NCBI GenBank assembly: GCA_050273025.1
Contig: CP158635.1
Span: 25,916,001-25,980,000 of the forward strand
Source of the DNA: Cenococcum geophilum
Lineage: Eukaryota
Length of the DNA stretch: 64,000 nucleotides
Direction of reading: 5' to 3'
Part shown: positions 25,353-39,794 of the stretch, piece after piece
Position numbering within the stretch: position 1 is the stretch's first letter
How the letters are laid out: every line of letters begins with the position of its first letter
Made by a program: the position numbers and the translations under genes
Notes under the pieces: generated by a model
Databases searched by the model: none
What the model was told of the DNA's origin: nothing
Seen by the model: only the letters and a program-made list of their open reading frames with translations

Positions 25353-28300
25353 GGCGAAAGGGTGAACGACTCGCAGAGTCGAGACTTTAGCAGCTTGTGC
25401 AGGGAAAAGCTGTGTGACAGAGAGTTAGTAAAAGAGCAGACCTCAATGGAGATGGATGTGGTAAGACAACCTGTGCGAGAGAATCGGCAACGTAGCTGGA
25501 CGCGCGAGAGGGCTGATGTTAGGATTGAGGCCGCAGTTGATTGAAGTCCGGTAGAGATCGAAACGAAGTGAAGTAAACGAGCGACGGGACAGTGAGCGAA
25601 GGGCAAAGGTCAGATTGTATTCCAAATGAGTGAATAGGAGCAATGCTCCGAGTTGGTGGAACTCAAGAAAAGAGTGAGCGGAATGGCGGTCGCAGAGAGT
25701 GAGGGTCTGCTACAGCATGCAGTTGAAGAGTAGTGAAGGAGAGGAGGTGGTTTATTCGGAAGGGGAGAGTTTGAGGCACAACTGCCGAATTTCGGCCTAG
25801 TGTCAGGGGAAAACACCAGTTTGATTGGTAGCGCCCAGGCAGCGCAAATTACGTGGGACAGCCGAGGACACACGGAAATTGTTCACCAAACCGTCCAACC
25901 GTCCAACCGTCCAGCCGGCCTTTTCCTATGATCTAAGCAATTTGCTCTTCGAAGCCTGCTTTTGTGCGCGCTTGGCCCTTGAAGCTGAGATGAGGCCAAG
26001 CAGAGAGTCTGACCGACCGGCTGACCGACTGCGCGGTTACTCGTGTGCTCGTTAATCGCGGGGAGATAAAAGAGGGTGCACTGATCGTGAGTCGTCAGAG
26101 CCGTTCATGAAGCCTCATCAACATGGGCACGGTGAAGGATCTTTTCAACGCAGTTGGTTTGCAGCTCTGTTGGGACGCGACGAGCTACTTACGTTGTCAC
26201 ATGGACCACTACCCGCACCAACCTCATGTCATTGCATCTTTCGCAGCCAGCTTATGGAAAACAATTCTCGTCCTTTCATGTGTTGTGGGGAAGCCGCAGT
26301 AGGTCGAGGCGTTAAGCAAGGGTAGCCGTGTCGGCAGAGGAGAGAGTGGGCCGTCAGGGTCAAAGCGAAGGAAAGTTTTCGACTGGCGCCGATCTTTGCA
26401 CATCCTGCAAGCAGGGCCATCCGCAAACTCATCGTCAACGGCTCTCCGCCAATCAAGCCCCCGAAGCCTGCCGCGGCTCCCATGCATGTGCGGGCGTACC
26501 TGACGCTAAACCTCTCTGAATTGTTTATTACAAGGGTACATGTGCGGATTGCTAGCCTCTTTGGCATAGAATGTGCCTCGGCGCAGCAATCCCTTGTATT
26601 GTACACCGCCTCCATTCCACTGGCCGTTTGGCAAGCACAAACGGCACAACCCCCCCAACGACGATGCCGACAATCTTTGCCACGCACGACGCCGGCAGCA
26701 ATGGGAGATCTTCAAGATAACATTATCCCAATACGGGCCCTTCAAGGCTAGCAACACAATAAGAAATGATGACCGTTTGCAAAGAAAACGTTCTGCTTTC
26801 CCTTCGAGGCACGGTCGCCCTCCAGCGCTAAAGATCACCGCGACCTTCCAGATGAAGAGTTGGATCCGCTTTGACCAAATTACACTTCATTTAGATCTTC
26901 TCGCCTCCCTTAGTGACAGCCTTGCATCATTCCACTCGCTGCCACAGTGACATATCGCATTTGATGGGGGAAAAGTGAATACTTCTGAAGATATTGCCTC
27001 CTCTGCGCGAGTCGTATCGTGGAGGCCGTCTGGGGGCAAAATTCGACTGCTGTGAAAGCGGCGTAAACCTAATCTCCTTGGCAGACATTGCGACGCTTTC
27101 GACTCCGTAATCCGTCGAATGCAGCTGACTTCAGTCGCACAACAAGAGTGCGAAAGATATGCCAATCCACTAATATTAACGGACGTCGCATAGCCTCAAG
27201 CTATGCGTCCCCTAGGTCTCCAGGCTGCGTAATACCGGAACGGGTATAGCATATCCCGCTATGACGGTCTCGCCCTCCAAACCCACCGATCCAACCCCTC
27301 CGACAAGTTGTGCCCTACCGTATTTATTTTCTTGGCTGCAGCAGAACCTATTTAGTCGGATCCCGCCTGAAGGAAAGAACGAAATATCGGGTACTTACCG
27401 CTGGAAAACTACCCGAAGATGGAGCTAATGCAAGACGTAATAAAGAAGTGGTGGTTGGAAAACTAACCTTAGCATCTGCCAGTAGATGATAGGTGAGCTG
27501 GTTGACTTCTTTTGTTTCTCTCACCATTTCCTGTTCACTTCATACGAATGCCATGATGGCAGCAACCATTGTAGGGATGTGAATACCTTGAGGGCCATGG
27601 TTCACTACAGATCTTGGTACTCTCTAACCAATCTTCATACCACATAGGCTCCGGGACCACGCAGCGTATTGCATGTTTAGGTAAAGCTCTGCCGTCCTGA
27701 GCATGTGTGCACTGTGGCATCTGAATCGAGAAATTGTTGAGAACAGCTCAGTACTGTTTGACGTTGATAGTTATCTCATTAATTGAACATAGGACTCTTA
27801 ATTGCCTCACGAGTTTATAATCTGCGAGGATTGCAAGGTATCGACCGTCATAGCGCTCAAACCGTACGACATCGGAAGACTCCGGCCGTGATGACTGCTA
27901 AAATCCGACTAATTGCTGGATACACTCATGCTCCGAAGAAGTAACTACCGAAGAACGGCAGCATACCTAGCGAATGATTTTATATTGCTGCTAGCCATGA
28001 ATCGTGAACCAAAGTCGGAAACTTTGGTACATCAAGTGGCTCTATTCAACAGATAACGTCGGACCCTGAACCTTCGTTCTGCGCCGAAACTGTAAAAGTG
28101 ACTATGGTAAAATAGCAATCACATCACGTCCGAATGTCGCGGTGAGAACACGTAAGGAATTGCCAAGAGTTAATTATCATGCACTACAAACTATCGATCA
28201 ATATTCCAAGGTTTTGGGTGAGCTTTACGGTCCACTCAAGCAACATACTAGACAAAGTTAATCATTTACTAGGATAAGAATGTCCACCAGCATGATGAGT

Positions 28301-28456
28301 AAGCCTAGAAGCATCCAACCAGCCATGTAAGAGCACTCGCAAATCAAGGCCGGGGCAGTTGAAGGCTTTATAAAGTGTTCTCATCAAAGCCCTTCTTATC
28401 ATGTCAGGAGCCTCTAAAAACACTTCTACTTCTGGTCTGACTGCTCTTCATATTGA

Positions 28457-30095
28457 TTAGCAACTAAACGGTGAGCCAACAGTCCCATTCTTGTAGGCAT
28501 CCGCAATTCCTTTAATCGTCACGTACGTTCCCGCAACACAAATGAACGCCCCCGCCGCGAAAGTCGTCATGGTCAATAGCGTCTGAAACCATTTCCGCCT
28601 CCAGGTCCTGACCCCATCACCATCATGGTAGCTATCATGTAGCCAGAACGCACCCGCAATGCCATATGTATACCAACTTGCAAACAAGCTCGCCGCGATC
28701 CCAATCAGGTAGTTGAAAATCGGCACACCGACCGCCAAAACAAATGCGGCGCCGTTCATTATCAGGATGAGAAGGAACCACACTGACCACCCGACGAATG
28801 TGTGGTCGTGCAGATGCCTGCTGTTTCTGAAAAACCGCACAAACAGGAGTTTGCTAGCCGTATGTGCGTACAAGCTCCCCGCGATCAGGAGATTCGGTAT
28901 CGCAATCCCATACGCCGCTTTCATCCACTTCGTCTCCAGACTACTGAATGCGGGCGATGCAACGTTATCTCCAACGTACACGTATACCACAACGGCGAAG
29001 ACCGCATAGAAGGTCGTAGCGAAGCCCTGGAGCGTGTACGCCGCCTTCATCGCATCCTGCGGCCGCTTCATCTCCGACACCAGGATGAAGAACATGAAGT
29101 GCCCCGCATACGCAAACACGGGATTCGTAATCGACACGAATGCGACGTAGAAATTCGAGCTCTTCACCGCACTCAGCTCGCGGCCAGGCGTTGGGTGCAC
29201 GCCCGTACCAACCATGCCGACGATGCCCGCGACCAGGATCGACAGCACGCTGGGGATGCTGAGCCAGGACAGGCGGTCCAGCGTGCGCGGGAAGCTGCAC
29301 AGCAGCGTCGGGATCGCGAAGATGCCTGTGTATAGCATCAGGCACAGCTTGTTGTCGCTCAGTGCGCCTAGCGCGATCTGGCCTGCTAGCAGCTGCCCGC
29401 CGGTTGCGAAGACCGCGAAGACAATGGTGCCGAAGGCGAGCAGCTCGCGCCCGAAAGGGCCAAAGAGGATCAGGCCGGCATCGCCCATGTTGTGCACTTC
29501 TGGATGGCGGAGCTTGAACTGTACGAGTAGGTAGGAGGTGTAGGTTGCGAAGACGCCGAGGAAGATTATGAGGGTGAGTCCCGGGACGATGCCGACGATG
29601 GCGAGGGAGGAGGGGAGAGAGAGCATGCCGTTCGAGACGACCTCAGCAATCATGAGGATAGCGACGAGCTCCCAAGAGAGGGTTTTGTATTTGATCTGTG
29701 GAACGGGGAGTGTGAGTGATTGCTCATGATCTCTAGACACAGATAGGAATATACCCTGGGGTGAAAAAGAGATGTTAAACATATTAAGGCGAAATCTTGG
29801 AAGGTTGAATAACCCCAGTATCTAGTCTCCAACTGAGGTCCCAAGACCCAGCAATCCTCGTTGTAACAACATTCGAAGCTCTTCTGAGCTCTTATATCAC
29901 CTGGCTTGACAAAACCACGCAAAATCTTCCATAGAAGTAGCAACGAATACAACTCAATTGAACCAAATAAAGCTCTCCACCCACCTGATGTCCCTCCTCT
30001 CTACCAAACACATCGACATCATCATAATACGCCGCCGGTGCCCCGTTCTCCTCCCTCGCGTATGCAGGCACATCCGTAGGATACTTCTCCTTCAT
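28457..30095 (-). CDS. Neutral amino-acid permease (Aa_trans/AAAP family, Mtr-like)
   Basis: Exons 30095-29985 and 29695-28457. Motifs IKYKTLSW..VAILMIAEVVSNGMLSLP and FAYAGHFMFFILVSEMKRPQD; many hydrophobic segments. Confidence 0.93.
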
Positions 30096-30965
30096 TGTCG
30101 TCCCAAAATAACCAAATGAGCCTCCCTAAGTAGCTGTCGTCAAATACCAAATTCCAGTATCTTCCCACAGGAGGCGAGCGGGGAATTCACCAGGTGAAAT
30201 AAATAAAGCACCTGTAGCCGGCGATTACCAGCATCCACGATGCTGATTTACATAATAGCTGTTAATCGCCTGGCTTTCTGCTGGGGGAGCAGAGCTCGTT
30301 GAGGAAATAGATAGCGCCGCCTATCACCGCGGAATATTTTGGAGCTGCCCCTTGTAGGTAGCGGTGGCGCTAGGCACGATTAGGCAGGTGCGAAGGACGA
30401 AGGGACAGGCTGCGGGTTGGCGGTGCTTATTTTGATGTGCTGGGTTTGGGTTTTGGAATACGAGTGTTTGGTGATGCTCTATGAAAGGGCATTGCTTGAG
30501 TGTAAAGGTTCTTCGCTGTCTATGAAACGAATATGTTATCCCATCGTATGGACTATAATCTTTCCAAACCATCTTTAGCGATCTCTTGGAGGGCTTTTAC
30601 CTATGGCATAAATAATATCTTCTAGTGAAGTCAGTTGTCATCTAAGAATCTAGAACTCCAAAGCCCCTGAATTATATGCAACCTATTTTACTCTTCAATA
30701 CAATCTGTCACAGGGAACGCAAAGGCCAAGTACGCTAGGAGGCAGGAATAATGCATATGGACACTCAATGTCATAACCTAACACTCGTCTACCCAATAAC
30801 GCAGAGGCGTAACAGCGGATAGTAATCCCCCATTCTCAAAACCATCCCTCTCCTTACAGATGCAGCAAACCAAACGAACAAAACCCAAAAGCCACCATGA
30901 ACGCCATCCCAGAATTTTACAGCCAAACGATATCTCGATCCAACGCACAGTAAGAATAACCCTGC

Positions 30966-33550
30966 TCAAATCTCCTGTAGATAGTTAGCTGGCACGCTCT
31001 TGACCAGCCCGCCTTTCTCGACGTCTGCCCAGCCGTCACCGGCCTCCATGTTGATCAGTACGAAGCGCTCGCCCTCGGCCATGCTATGCTCGGCGTCGCT
31101 CTGCGCCTTGTAGTCGTACAGGGCCTCAACGTATTTCAGTTTCTTGGCGCCGCGCTTGGGCGCCACGGCGGGGCCCTTTTTCTTGCCTGGCGCGCTGATG
31201 CTGCCGCTGAGCGAGACTGAAGACGCAGAGTAGGTGGACCCCGGGCGGTTAGAGGGGGGTGGTGTTAGCGACAGGATTTCAACGTAGGCGGCCGGGACGA
31301 GACCTTCTTTGGAACCGGCGCGGATTTTGATCCAGCCTGAGCCGTCTTTAGATAGTCAGTATTGGTGATAAATGGTGAAGGTGCGTTGGGGAACTCACCA
31401 TCAGGCTCGAGAACAGACACATCCCTTCCTTCGGGCACGGTGAGCTCGCCTTCTCCGTTCTGCTGGTATGCATATAGCATTTTGCCTTTCTGCTCTGTGG
31501 ACTTTGGCAATCCAGAGCTGCTGGCTAGATCCCCGCCGTCGTCTTTGATGTACTGCGCCGGAGGCGGCGCAACGATCCGATTTCTCCGAGCAGCTACTGG
31601 TGGTGGCGCGACTTTATTTGCCTTCTCAGGCGGATTCTCTTCTGTAGGCGACATGCCACCAGATATTGATCGATGCGCTGTTGCTGAATATCCTGAGCTG
31701 AGCGTGTTCATGGAATTTATCGTATCGCTTCTGCTTATCCGTGGCAGTTCTGACTGAGAGTCCGAAGGTGTGCCGTTAACAGAGTGAGCAGCATGAGCAG
31801 CATCTTGCCGCTCTGTTTTGAGCTTCTTCTTCTCTTCCTTGGTTTGCTCGCCTGGGCAATCTGCTGGGACCTTCATCTCGCACTTGCTGTGGCAAGTGTA
31901 CCCGCAATCTCTGCAGTCAAAGCCTTTCGCTGAGAGACCCCATATCCGCTCACCGCAAAGGTCGCAATTAGTGGGAATCTTGAACGTCTGGGACTTAAAG
32001 TTATGCTGGCTGGCACCGATGCTAACATCGCCTACCACAGAGGTGATTGTAGACACTTCCACCTCTGCGGTTACTTTCTGTCTCTCGACTTCGTGCATGC
32101 TCTCCTGTAGGGCAAAGAGGGCACGGACGACTTCAACTTCGTCCCTCTTATCTTTACCGTCACGTATGCTCTGTCTTATTTTCTTCGCATTTTCTACTTC
32201 TCTCCGCTTCTTGTCAAGCTCGCGCCTATATTCTCCTAGCTGACCTTTGCTTTTGGTAAGAACGTTACGGAGGAAAACTTTAGCAGCATCATCCGTAGCA
32301 ACATTGCCATCGTCTAGCCAAACAGGGCTTGGCTCGAATTGGAAGTCTGCGGGGTCTTGCCAGGCTCCGGCGTTGTGCCTCACGAACATCATGGAGTCCA
32401 GTAGAGGGTTGTTTCTGGGTATCTCTGAAGAAAGATGTTTGAGGTAGTCCATACTCCGTGATAACGTCTGGGTTTCAATTTGAGCAGCCAAAGACCATAT
32501 AGAGTTTAATTTGGCGACGCGGGTTTCCGAAAGGTCCTGAAGGCTCTGTATATTATATTAATACATCAAGATTCGTACCAAACTGCAGGGTCCGAATGTC
32601 TTACTTCGAGAAGCTCGGGCACATACTCGTGGTAATACATCGCCTTTTGCTTATTTGTAACATTAATGGTAATCACGTATGTATTCTGTTCACTGTTAAT
32701 TTGATATTGCCAGAAGTCAGGGACGTGCCTACTTTGACGTTCCGCATCTCCAATTGCTGTTGTTCGAACGCATTCCGTGCTTTTTGCTTTCCGTGGTCGA
32801 AGGAACCGTCGATTTTCTTCCGGCGATTCTCAACCTCCTGACACACGTTGTCGTATTTCCCCTTCATTTTCCTTAAGTCCCCATATGTACTATCCCGCTC
32901 CTTCTCGAGTTTTCCCGCATATTCTACATGGTACTTCCGTAGCTCCTCGTATCGGGCTGCAAGGTTTTTCAGGGGGTCGGCGAGGTTGGCAATGAGTTGC
33001 CCGGCAAACTGATCATGTTCTGCGGCTCTCGATTCAAGCGTAGTGAGTTGTACACCCCATGTAGTCATAGACGCGCTGGAACCCAAATATTTTGTCAACA
33101 GCAGCGCCTCAGTCAGGGTGCGTCTATTGATCCTACCTCTCTAGGGAGCCGGGGGTGACCGTCGGTGTATCTCCGACGCTCAGGCTGCTAGACTTCCTGG
33201 CCTTCTTTTCAAAGTATTTCTTAGCCAATGCGCTCAGCTTCCCGGCATACTCTTTCTCTATAGTGCTTCTTTCCCGGTAAAATTGTTGTATGTCATCAAG
33301 CCACGCAATGCCGTTGGACACCTACACAGGGCCCCATTAGCGATTTTGAACACGTACCAAAGTAAATGGAAGTGTGGCGGAGTCGCGCCGTGTTTTCCAC
33401 AGGAAAAAAATAGTAAGGGGTCGTACCCAGGCGTTGACGGGCTTGAATCTATCCTGGTAATTCCACCGTGTCAGTTGAGGCTCTAAACACACTCGGAGTC
33501 TTGCGCACCTTCAGTTCGGCTCCAAATTGAGGAGCAATGTCAATCTCCAT
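30966..33550 (-). CDS. BZZ1: Bzz1 (F-BAR, C1, two SH3 domains), actin/endocytosis regulator
   Basis: Start MEIDIAPQFGAELK. F-BAR segment WLDDIQQFYRERSTIEKEYA; C1 domain HNFKSQTFKIPTNCDLC...CHSKC; SH3 domains KMLYAY... and VEALYDY...VPANY. About seven exons. Confidence 0.93.
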
Positions 33551-34023
33551 AACTTAGGCTGCGCAAGGGAAGAAGAAGCCGGTGAAAGCGCAGTTTCCAC
33601 TGTATACATGTCCAAATATCGAAGCGCGGTGGGAATAACTTCGCTGAAGGTTGCGGTGGAGGATCCTCGTTCAAGTGTGCCCGGATTGGTGGGGGTTGAG
33701 GCATTGCGCCAGGCTGCAAGGCTACCCTGCGCCCCGCCAAACGCTAGAAGGTGAAGACTGCAGTCCATTTCGTATCGAGCCATCCACAGCTATTGTCACT
33801 CTAGCCCTGTGACACCGTACTCTCATTCACGCGCTGTTTTCTTCCATTTCCCGCCACTGTTCGCTTGATCCCAAACTTCCATGGCCGCCTAAACCGACAC
33901 CACAGCTTCTTTGTCTTCAAAAACACAGCTACGTCAAGCTTGCCTCAGCCTCAACTTCTCCAAACGCACACTGCCTAGAAATACGTCCCGCCCTGCACGA
34001 CTACCATAAGCTCTACCTAAAAT

Positions 34024-35725
34024 ATGGCGTCTGACGCCCCAGCGCAAGCTCCTACTGGAGCGGGCTCTCTCGAAAGCCGCATCACAATGCCTTCCAGAGA
34101 CCAGACACCTGAAGCTTCTTCAGCCGCTACGAATGAGGGAGATGCCAATGCGCAGGTCGACGGCGGCATACCAAGTGGGGATGGCCCTAATCTTCGCGAG
34201 CCGGAATGGGATGTTGAGGTCAAGCTGGCCGATCTACAGGCTGACCCAAATAACCCGCTCTTTTCTGCCAAATCATTCGAAGAGCTCCAACTGTATTTTA
34301 GCTCTCCGCACCCTGGTAGTGTGTGGGCTCGTGCTGACATGTCTGTTCAACAGGAAACCGGAGGTGTTGAAAGGAATTCTGGAAATGAATTTTCGAAAGC
34401 CGTCAAAGATTCAAGAGCGAGCCCTTCCGCTACTCCTCGCAGACCCACCTCAAAATATGATCGCACAGTCTCAGTCAGGTACTGGAAAAACTGCCGCATT
34501 CTCCCTCAATATGCTGTCGCGGGTCGATTTGAGCAATCCTAACCCCCAAACCCTGGTACTCGCGCCCAGCAGAGAACTTGCCCGACAGATATTGGGCGTG
34601 GTAGCGCACATGGGACAATTCATGGAGGGCTTGAAAGTGATAGCGGCTATCCCAGATCCCACCCAGAGGAACAGGAAGTTTGACGGCCATATCATTGTTG
34701 GCACGCCAGGGACAGTGCTGGACATGATTAGGAGGAGATCGATTGAATCAAGGCACATGAAGATACTCGTTTTGGACGAGGCCGACAATATGCTTGACCA
34801 GCAAGGATTGGGTGATCAATGCAAGCGCGTAAAAACGTAAGTATTCACGAGCTCGGACATGAAGAGTGCTATGCTAATTTTATCGCAGGATGCTACCTAA
34901 AAACATCCAGACCATCCTCTTCTCTGCCACATTTCCAGACGAAGTTATTGCATACGCCAAGAGCTTCGCGCCAAACTCGAATCAAATCACTCTCAGGCAC
35001 GAAGAACTCACGGTCGACGGTATTAAGCAGCTCTATCTGGACTGCGACGGCCTCCAGGACAAATTCAGTGTGCTGCTCAAATTCTACGGTCTCATGACGA
35101 CTGCATCATCCATCATTTTCGTTCGAGTATGTTTCGGTTTATTAGTACTGGAGGCGGACGTATACTAATTGGGTACAGACGCGTGCAACTGCAGCCGAAC
35201 TCGAGCGTCGTATGGTTGCAGAGGGGCACTCAGTTGCTCAATTGAGTGGGGGATTAGAAGGAGCGGAGCGCGACAGTATTATCGACAAATTCCGAAGCGG
35301 ACAAGCTAAGGTGCTCATCACCACTAACGTGCTCGCGCGGGGGATTGACGTTCAATCGGTTACTATGGTTATCAACTACGTATGTCGAAGATTTCTCGTG
35401 TGTGCAATACAATACTGATGCACGAATTAAGGATATCCCCGTAACAGCGGATGGGCGAGCAGATCCGGAAACATATCTCCACCGCATTGGTCGCACTGGT
35501 CGATTTGGTCGCGTGGGAGTTGCACTCAGCTTCGTTCACGATCGTGACAGCTGGCAGAGGCTGAACGACATAGCGACGTTCTTCAAGTCGGATCTGATCA
35601 ATGTGGATACGAAGGACTGGGATGCGGTGGAGAGTATGATCAAGAAGATCATCAAGAGCTCGCGAGCTGGAAAGGAGACGAAGGAAATGCAGGGAATGGA
35701 CGTGGACGGAACGGCTGAAGCCTGA
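34024..35725 (+). CDS. DBP5: DEAD-box RNA helicase Dbp5 (mRNA export)
   Basis: [73 protein letters not shown]. Five exons with GT-AG introns. Confidence 0.96.
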
Positions 35726-36422
35726 GGAGCTGGAGGTTTTAGTATGAAAGAGATTTTTTGGCATTGGCGTTGAGCGCTGGCGTTGTTCAAGCGGGTACTT
35801 TTGCTGTTTTGAAGGAAGTTTCGAGTGGTCAGACGACAGCGGAAGGCCAGGGTCTATCCCCAGAACTGCAGTTAAGGACCCCTCTTGTCAAACCTCGACT
35901 GATCGCGGAGCCTGCAGTCCGAAAATCGCAGCGATTTTTTTGATTGCGAGCAGGCGAAAACCGTAGAGCCGGATAGATAAAGTGCAAATCAGATCTCACC
36001 TAATCTCAACTGGAGACCTTTATCGCATCCTCCGGCACCTTTCCCCCCACGCCCGCTCAAGCACATCATCTTCTACCAACGAGACGCTTCGACCGCCTCG
36101 TGTGACGACTCACCGTAAAAGGTAGGCTCATAAATCCCACCATCAGCCCTCAGCCCCCAAGCCTAAATCACGTCAATCGCGTCAATCTCGTCAATCTCGT
36201 CAATCTGGTCCAAGATCACGAAAACCTTCCTATTGCCGCTATCACCGTCGGCACCGTCATTCTCAAAATTTTCCCATTCGCGGCGGCCATACTCTCAAAG
36301 GCGCCACGACCAGTACCACCGCCTACCTTGCTAACCAGCATGCAGCACTCAGGGATATCCTGCAAGCCACGCTTGCATAGCGACGGACCGTCTTTAATTC
36401 GCCGTCGACGAGGCTGACACAC

Positions 36423-37685
36423 ATGGCGGATGGCGCTCAGCACGAAGGCCCGGGAGATGATGTAACCGGTAGCGAGAACCATGTCGAAGAGCATGTACCC
36501 CCAACACCGCTGAAGTCGTCCGGCTCGGCCGTGTCTATATCGTCGCAGTCCTTGACGGCCGCCGATCGAGCTCGCAAAAGGGACTCGACTGCCTCCAGCA
36601 AAGACCGTGGACCGGCCTCAGCGGGTCACGCGAGCGAGCAGCCCGGCTCGCTCCCCCAGCCCTCCGCATGTTTTTCTCCTTCTCAATTGCAATTGCGGCC
36701 ACAATCGCTACCCCAGTCCGTTGATTCTCACCCCCTCTTGTCGCCCTTCCTCGTCCGCTCCCGCAGCGTCTCGTTCTCCTCCCCTCCGCCCGCGCAAATG
36801 GAGCGGCGCCGCTCGCGCCACGCCTCGGAGCACGGGGCCGGCAGCAGTGCGGATGAGACGGTGCCGATCATAAGCCGTGAGCGGGACGACCGCAAGAACT
36901 ACCAGTCCATCTCGCCGTCGATAACGGCGAGGACGAGTGGGGTGGCTGGCAGTAACAACGGTGCAGTGGTGGAATCGATCGGGCAGGCACGAGCACGCGA
37001 GCGCGAGCAGCGCCGTGAGGCACAGCAAGCGGCTGTGGAGGCCGAGGCCAGGGAGCACAAGTGGTGGAAGAAGGTCGTGGAGAAGTACGGGAGTATGGAG
37101 TTGGAGAATAAGGGAGCTGTGGCTAGGGACCATTTGGCGTTAGGTAGGGCGATTTTTCTCATATCTTCCATATCTATCTTCAGACCCCATGTTCCGCCTC
37201 CCACCCACCCCGATTCCGCCAATTGATACAATTTCGGTTCATAAGTTCTTCTAAATACGCTTTCCCCCTCTCTACGACTCTCAATTGGGCAGTAGGAATA
37301 CTCGCTGACTTCCCACCCACCCGCAGAACGTACCTTTCTGGCCTGGCTCCGCACCTCGCTCTCCTTCGCCAGCATCGGCATCGCGATAACGCAGCTCTTC
37401 CGGCTGAACACGACCATCGCGTCCTCGGACCCGGCGCTCATCAACTCGCCGCAAGCCCGCCTCCGCCACGCCGGCAAGCCGCTTGGCGCCACCTTCATCG
37501 CCATCTCCATCCTTATCCTCTTCATCGGCTTCCACCGCTTCTTTGAGAGCCAGCACTACGTTATCAGAGGCAAGTTCCCTGCGTCGAGAGGCAGCATCCT
37601 GATTGTGGCTACGGTGGCCGGCGGGCTGATTGTCGTGAGTTTGGTCATCGTGCTGGCGATTGCGCCGGGGGCGTTTGAGAAGTAG
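36423..37685 (+). CDS. DUF202-domain membrane protein
   Basis: Exons 36423-37143 and 37327-37685 join to give ELENKGAVARDHLALERTFLAWLRTSLSFASIGIAITQLFRL followed by two further TM segments. Confidence 0.9.
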
Positions 37686-38591
37686 GAAATTAGGAGGAGG
37701 AAGAATAAGAAGAGGAGCATGTGAAGCGGTAATCTGCTGCTGGGGTACACAGAGGCGCATGGTGTTTACTGGCGGTTAGGACACTGCGTTTAAGAAGAGT
37801 GGATCCAGAACGAGTGCAAAATTCCGAGTGGAATGATAAAATGGGATAATTGGTGTGCCTTTTTGGCGTTTGCATTATTGGCGTTCCGGTGGGATTTTAC
37901 GGGCATTTGTGCGTTTCCTGTGGATATGAATGCTGGATGGTCGGAGTAGTGGGTTTATTTGTCCACTCAATTCAATATGAAGCTCTCTGTATGTATGGAC
38001 GACTTCACGAAGTTTGGACTTGATGCTAGAATTGTGAGTTTAAGTAATTTTTAATCCCTTCACTTGAGTGCCGAGTGCCTCCGATGCTCTGAAAGTGTCG
38101 CGTGATTAATTGTCCAAAGGAGCGAACAGTCTAGGCCATTTGAGGAGTTTATGGATGCCTTAGGATTTTAAGTAGGCTTTAACTAGACTAGGTGCAACAG
38201 ACGAGAAACTGTTCACACCTCTATAGTGTAGTCTAAACTTTCCCAACAAGCCGAAAGACTAAAAACCTGTGGATATTGTAAGGTTCCGTTGTATAGCCTT
38301 ATAAGGAGCCAAAAGGTCCAGGAACTCCAGTCAATATCAGCAAGATAACAGCCGTCAGAGCCCTATATCACCACACAGAAGCGGTCTTTAATGGTAAAGA
38401 TCCCTAGTTGCATTTCGTAATTCGAGCGCCAAGCTCTTTGGCAAATTCTATGTGTTACAGAAACGCTCCACAGGATATTAAGCCCGGGCCGGAAGCAACA
38501 GAAAAAGAACGCCGCCCAATGGTAAGGTACAAGCACAAAAAAATACGAGAACCTAGAAAAGTGAAGAGAAAGAGTTATAAATTTAAAAGGC

Positions 38592-39794
38592 TTATTCGTT
38601 GTAATGGTATACCTAAAACAACATCGTTTGTTAGCTAGAGACTTCTCCAGGTCATGCAGAATGGACAGTGATGGAACGAGAGGTGAAGAATCAGTGGACA
38701 CTCACAAGATAATTCGGCAAACCCCATGCCTTCCAACCCAAACGACTCGCCATCTTGGCAAAGCCTTCAGTCTCAATTAGATGATAGAAGGCGAACGGCG
38801 GGAACATGGCACCGTCCCGATGAACTTCGGCCTTCACTAACAGCGTTGCACCACCCACTCCGTCCAGCTGCACCTCGGTGTTCGGGTCTGCCGACTTACC
38901 GTACATCATAGCCATCAGACTTCTGTAAGTGGGCATCTCGGCATAGCCCTCGACCAGGATATCGTCGTTGCTCATTTTCGAACCGAGTTCCCTAGCAGTC
39001 GGGCTGTCGATCCAGTTGTTGTAGTCGTAGGGCCGAATGTCCTTGGATTTTGTCTCAGCATTGTAGTAGCGCTGGAAGCAGTTCGGCGCTACGATAGGCT
39101 TGTTGTGCGCGGCGAGGTCTTGGATGAGCGATGGCGGCGTCTCTACGACGTCCGAGTCCATCCAGAGGACCCAGGACGTGGCCGGGCCCATAGTAGTAAA
39201 TAGCAGCGAGTTACGTGCTTTGGCCATGGCGGCACGGCGCGCTTTTTGGTTTTCCATCTTGTGCCGTTCCGCTTCGGTTTGGGTTTGCAGCGGTGATTCA
39301 GTGTCCTGTCGGAGAATGGTGATGCTGGCGAACCGCTTCTTCTGCGACCCGGATTGGGTTTTGGCAACCTGAGCCTGGAGCTCAGCGGTTGCGATATTGC
39401 CTTCTTTTGTTTTAGGGAGTATGAAACCAAGGGAGATGAGCTCATGGGGGTAGGAGAGACGTAGGAGGTTATCCCAGTATTCCTGGTAGAAGCGCGCGAG
39501 GGGAGTGAGAATCAGGACGGTCTCGCGGTTCATGATAGGGTCGCTCGAAGTTGTTAAATTATTCATATAGTAATGTACCACAGGGGGAGGAGGTGCTCGT
39601 TCATTGGATTTCGATTTTCTAAAAGGAAGGGACGGCGGGGAGAGGACATTTGAAGCAGTGCCTTTAGATTCCTCGGAGGTTGAAGAGGAGGCATCGGAGG
39701 GCGAGGAGAAGATGAAGTAGAGGAAGCCGATGATGAGAAGGGCGGCGAGGGCTATCGTAATGGGATTCGTGCGTCGTAACGAGCGTGTAGGCAT
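38592..39794 (-). CDS. MNN9: Mannan polymerase subunit Mnn9 (Anp1 family, GT62)
   Basis: Type II TM anchor, VLILTPL, YPHELISLGFI, MAKARNSLLFTT, WVLWMDSDVVETP, LDGVGG, HLIETEGFAKMA; short terminal exon 38612-38592 (VYHYNE*). Confidence 0.93.

Noticed and set aside
25400..28400. Many overlapping 60-150 aa ORFs upstream of the SUN gene
   Set aside because: No domains or coherent splice structure; consistent with a long regulatory intergenic region.
1348..33550. ARP2 and BZZ1 as an actin/endocytosis gene cluster
   Set aside because: About 28 kb apart with unrelated genes between; proximity is plausibly coincidental.
38033..38375. Possible solo LTR downstream of MNN9 (TGTGAG...CACCACA)
   Set aside because: Flanks do not give an in-register TSD.
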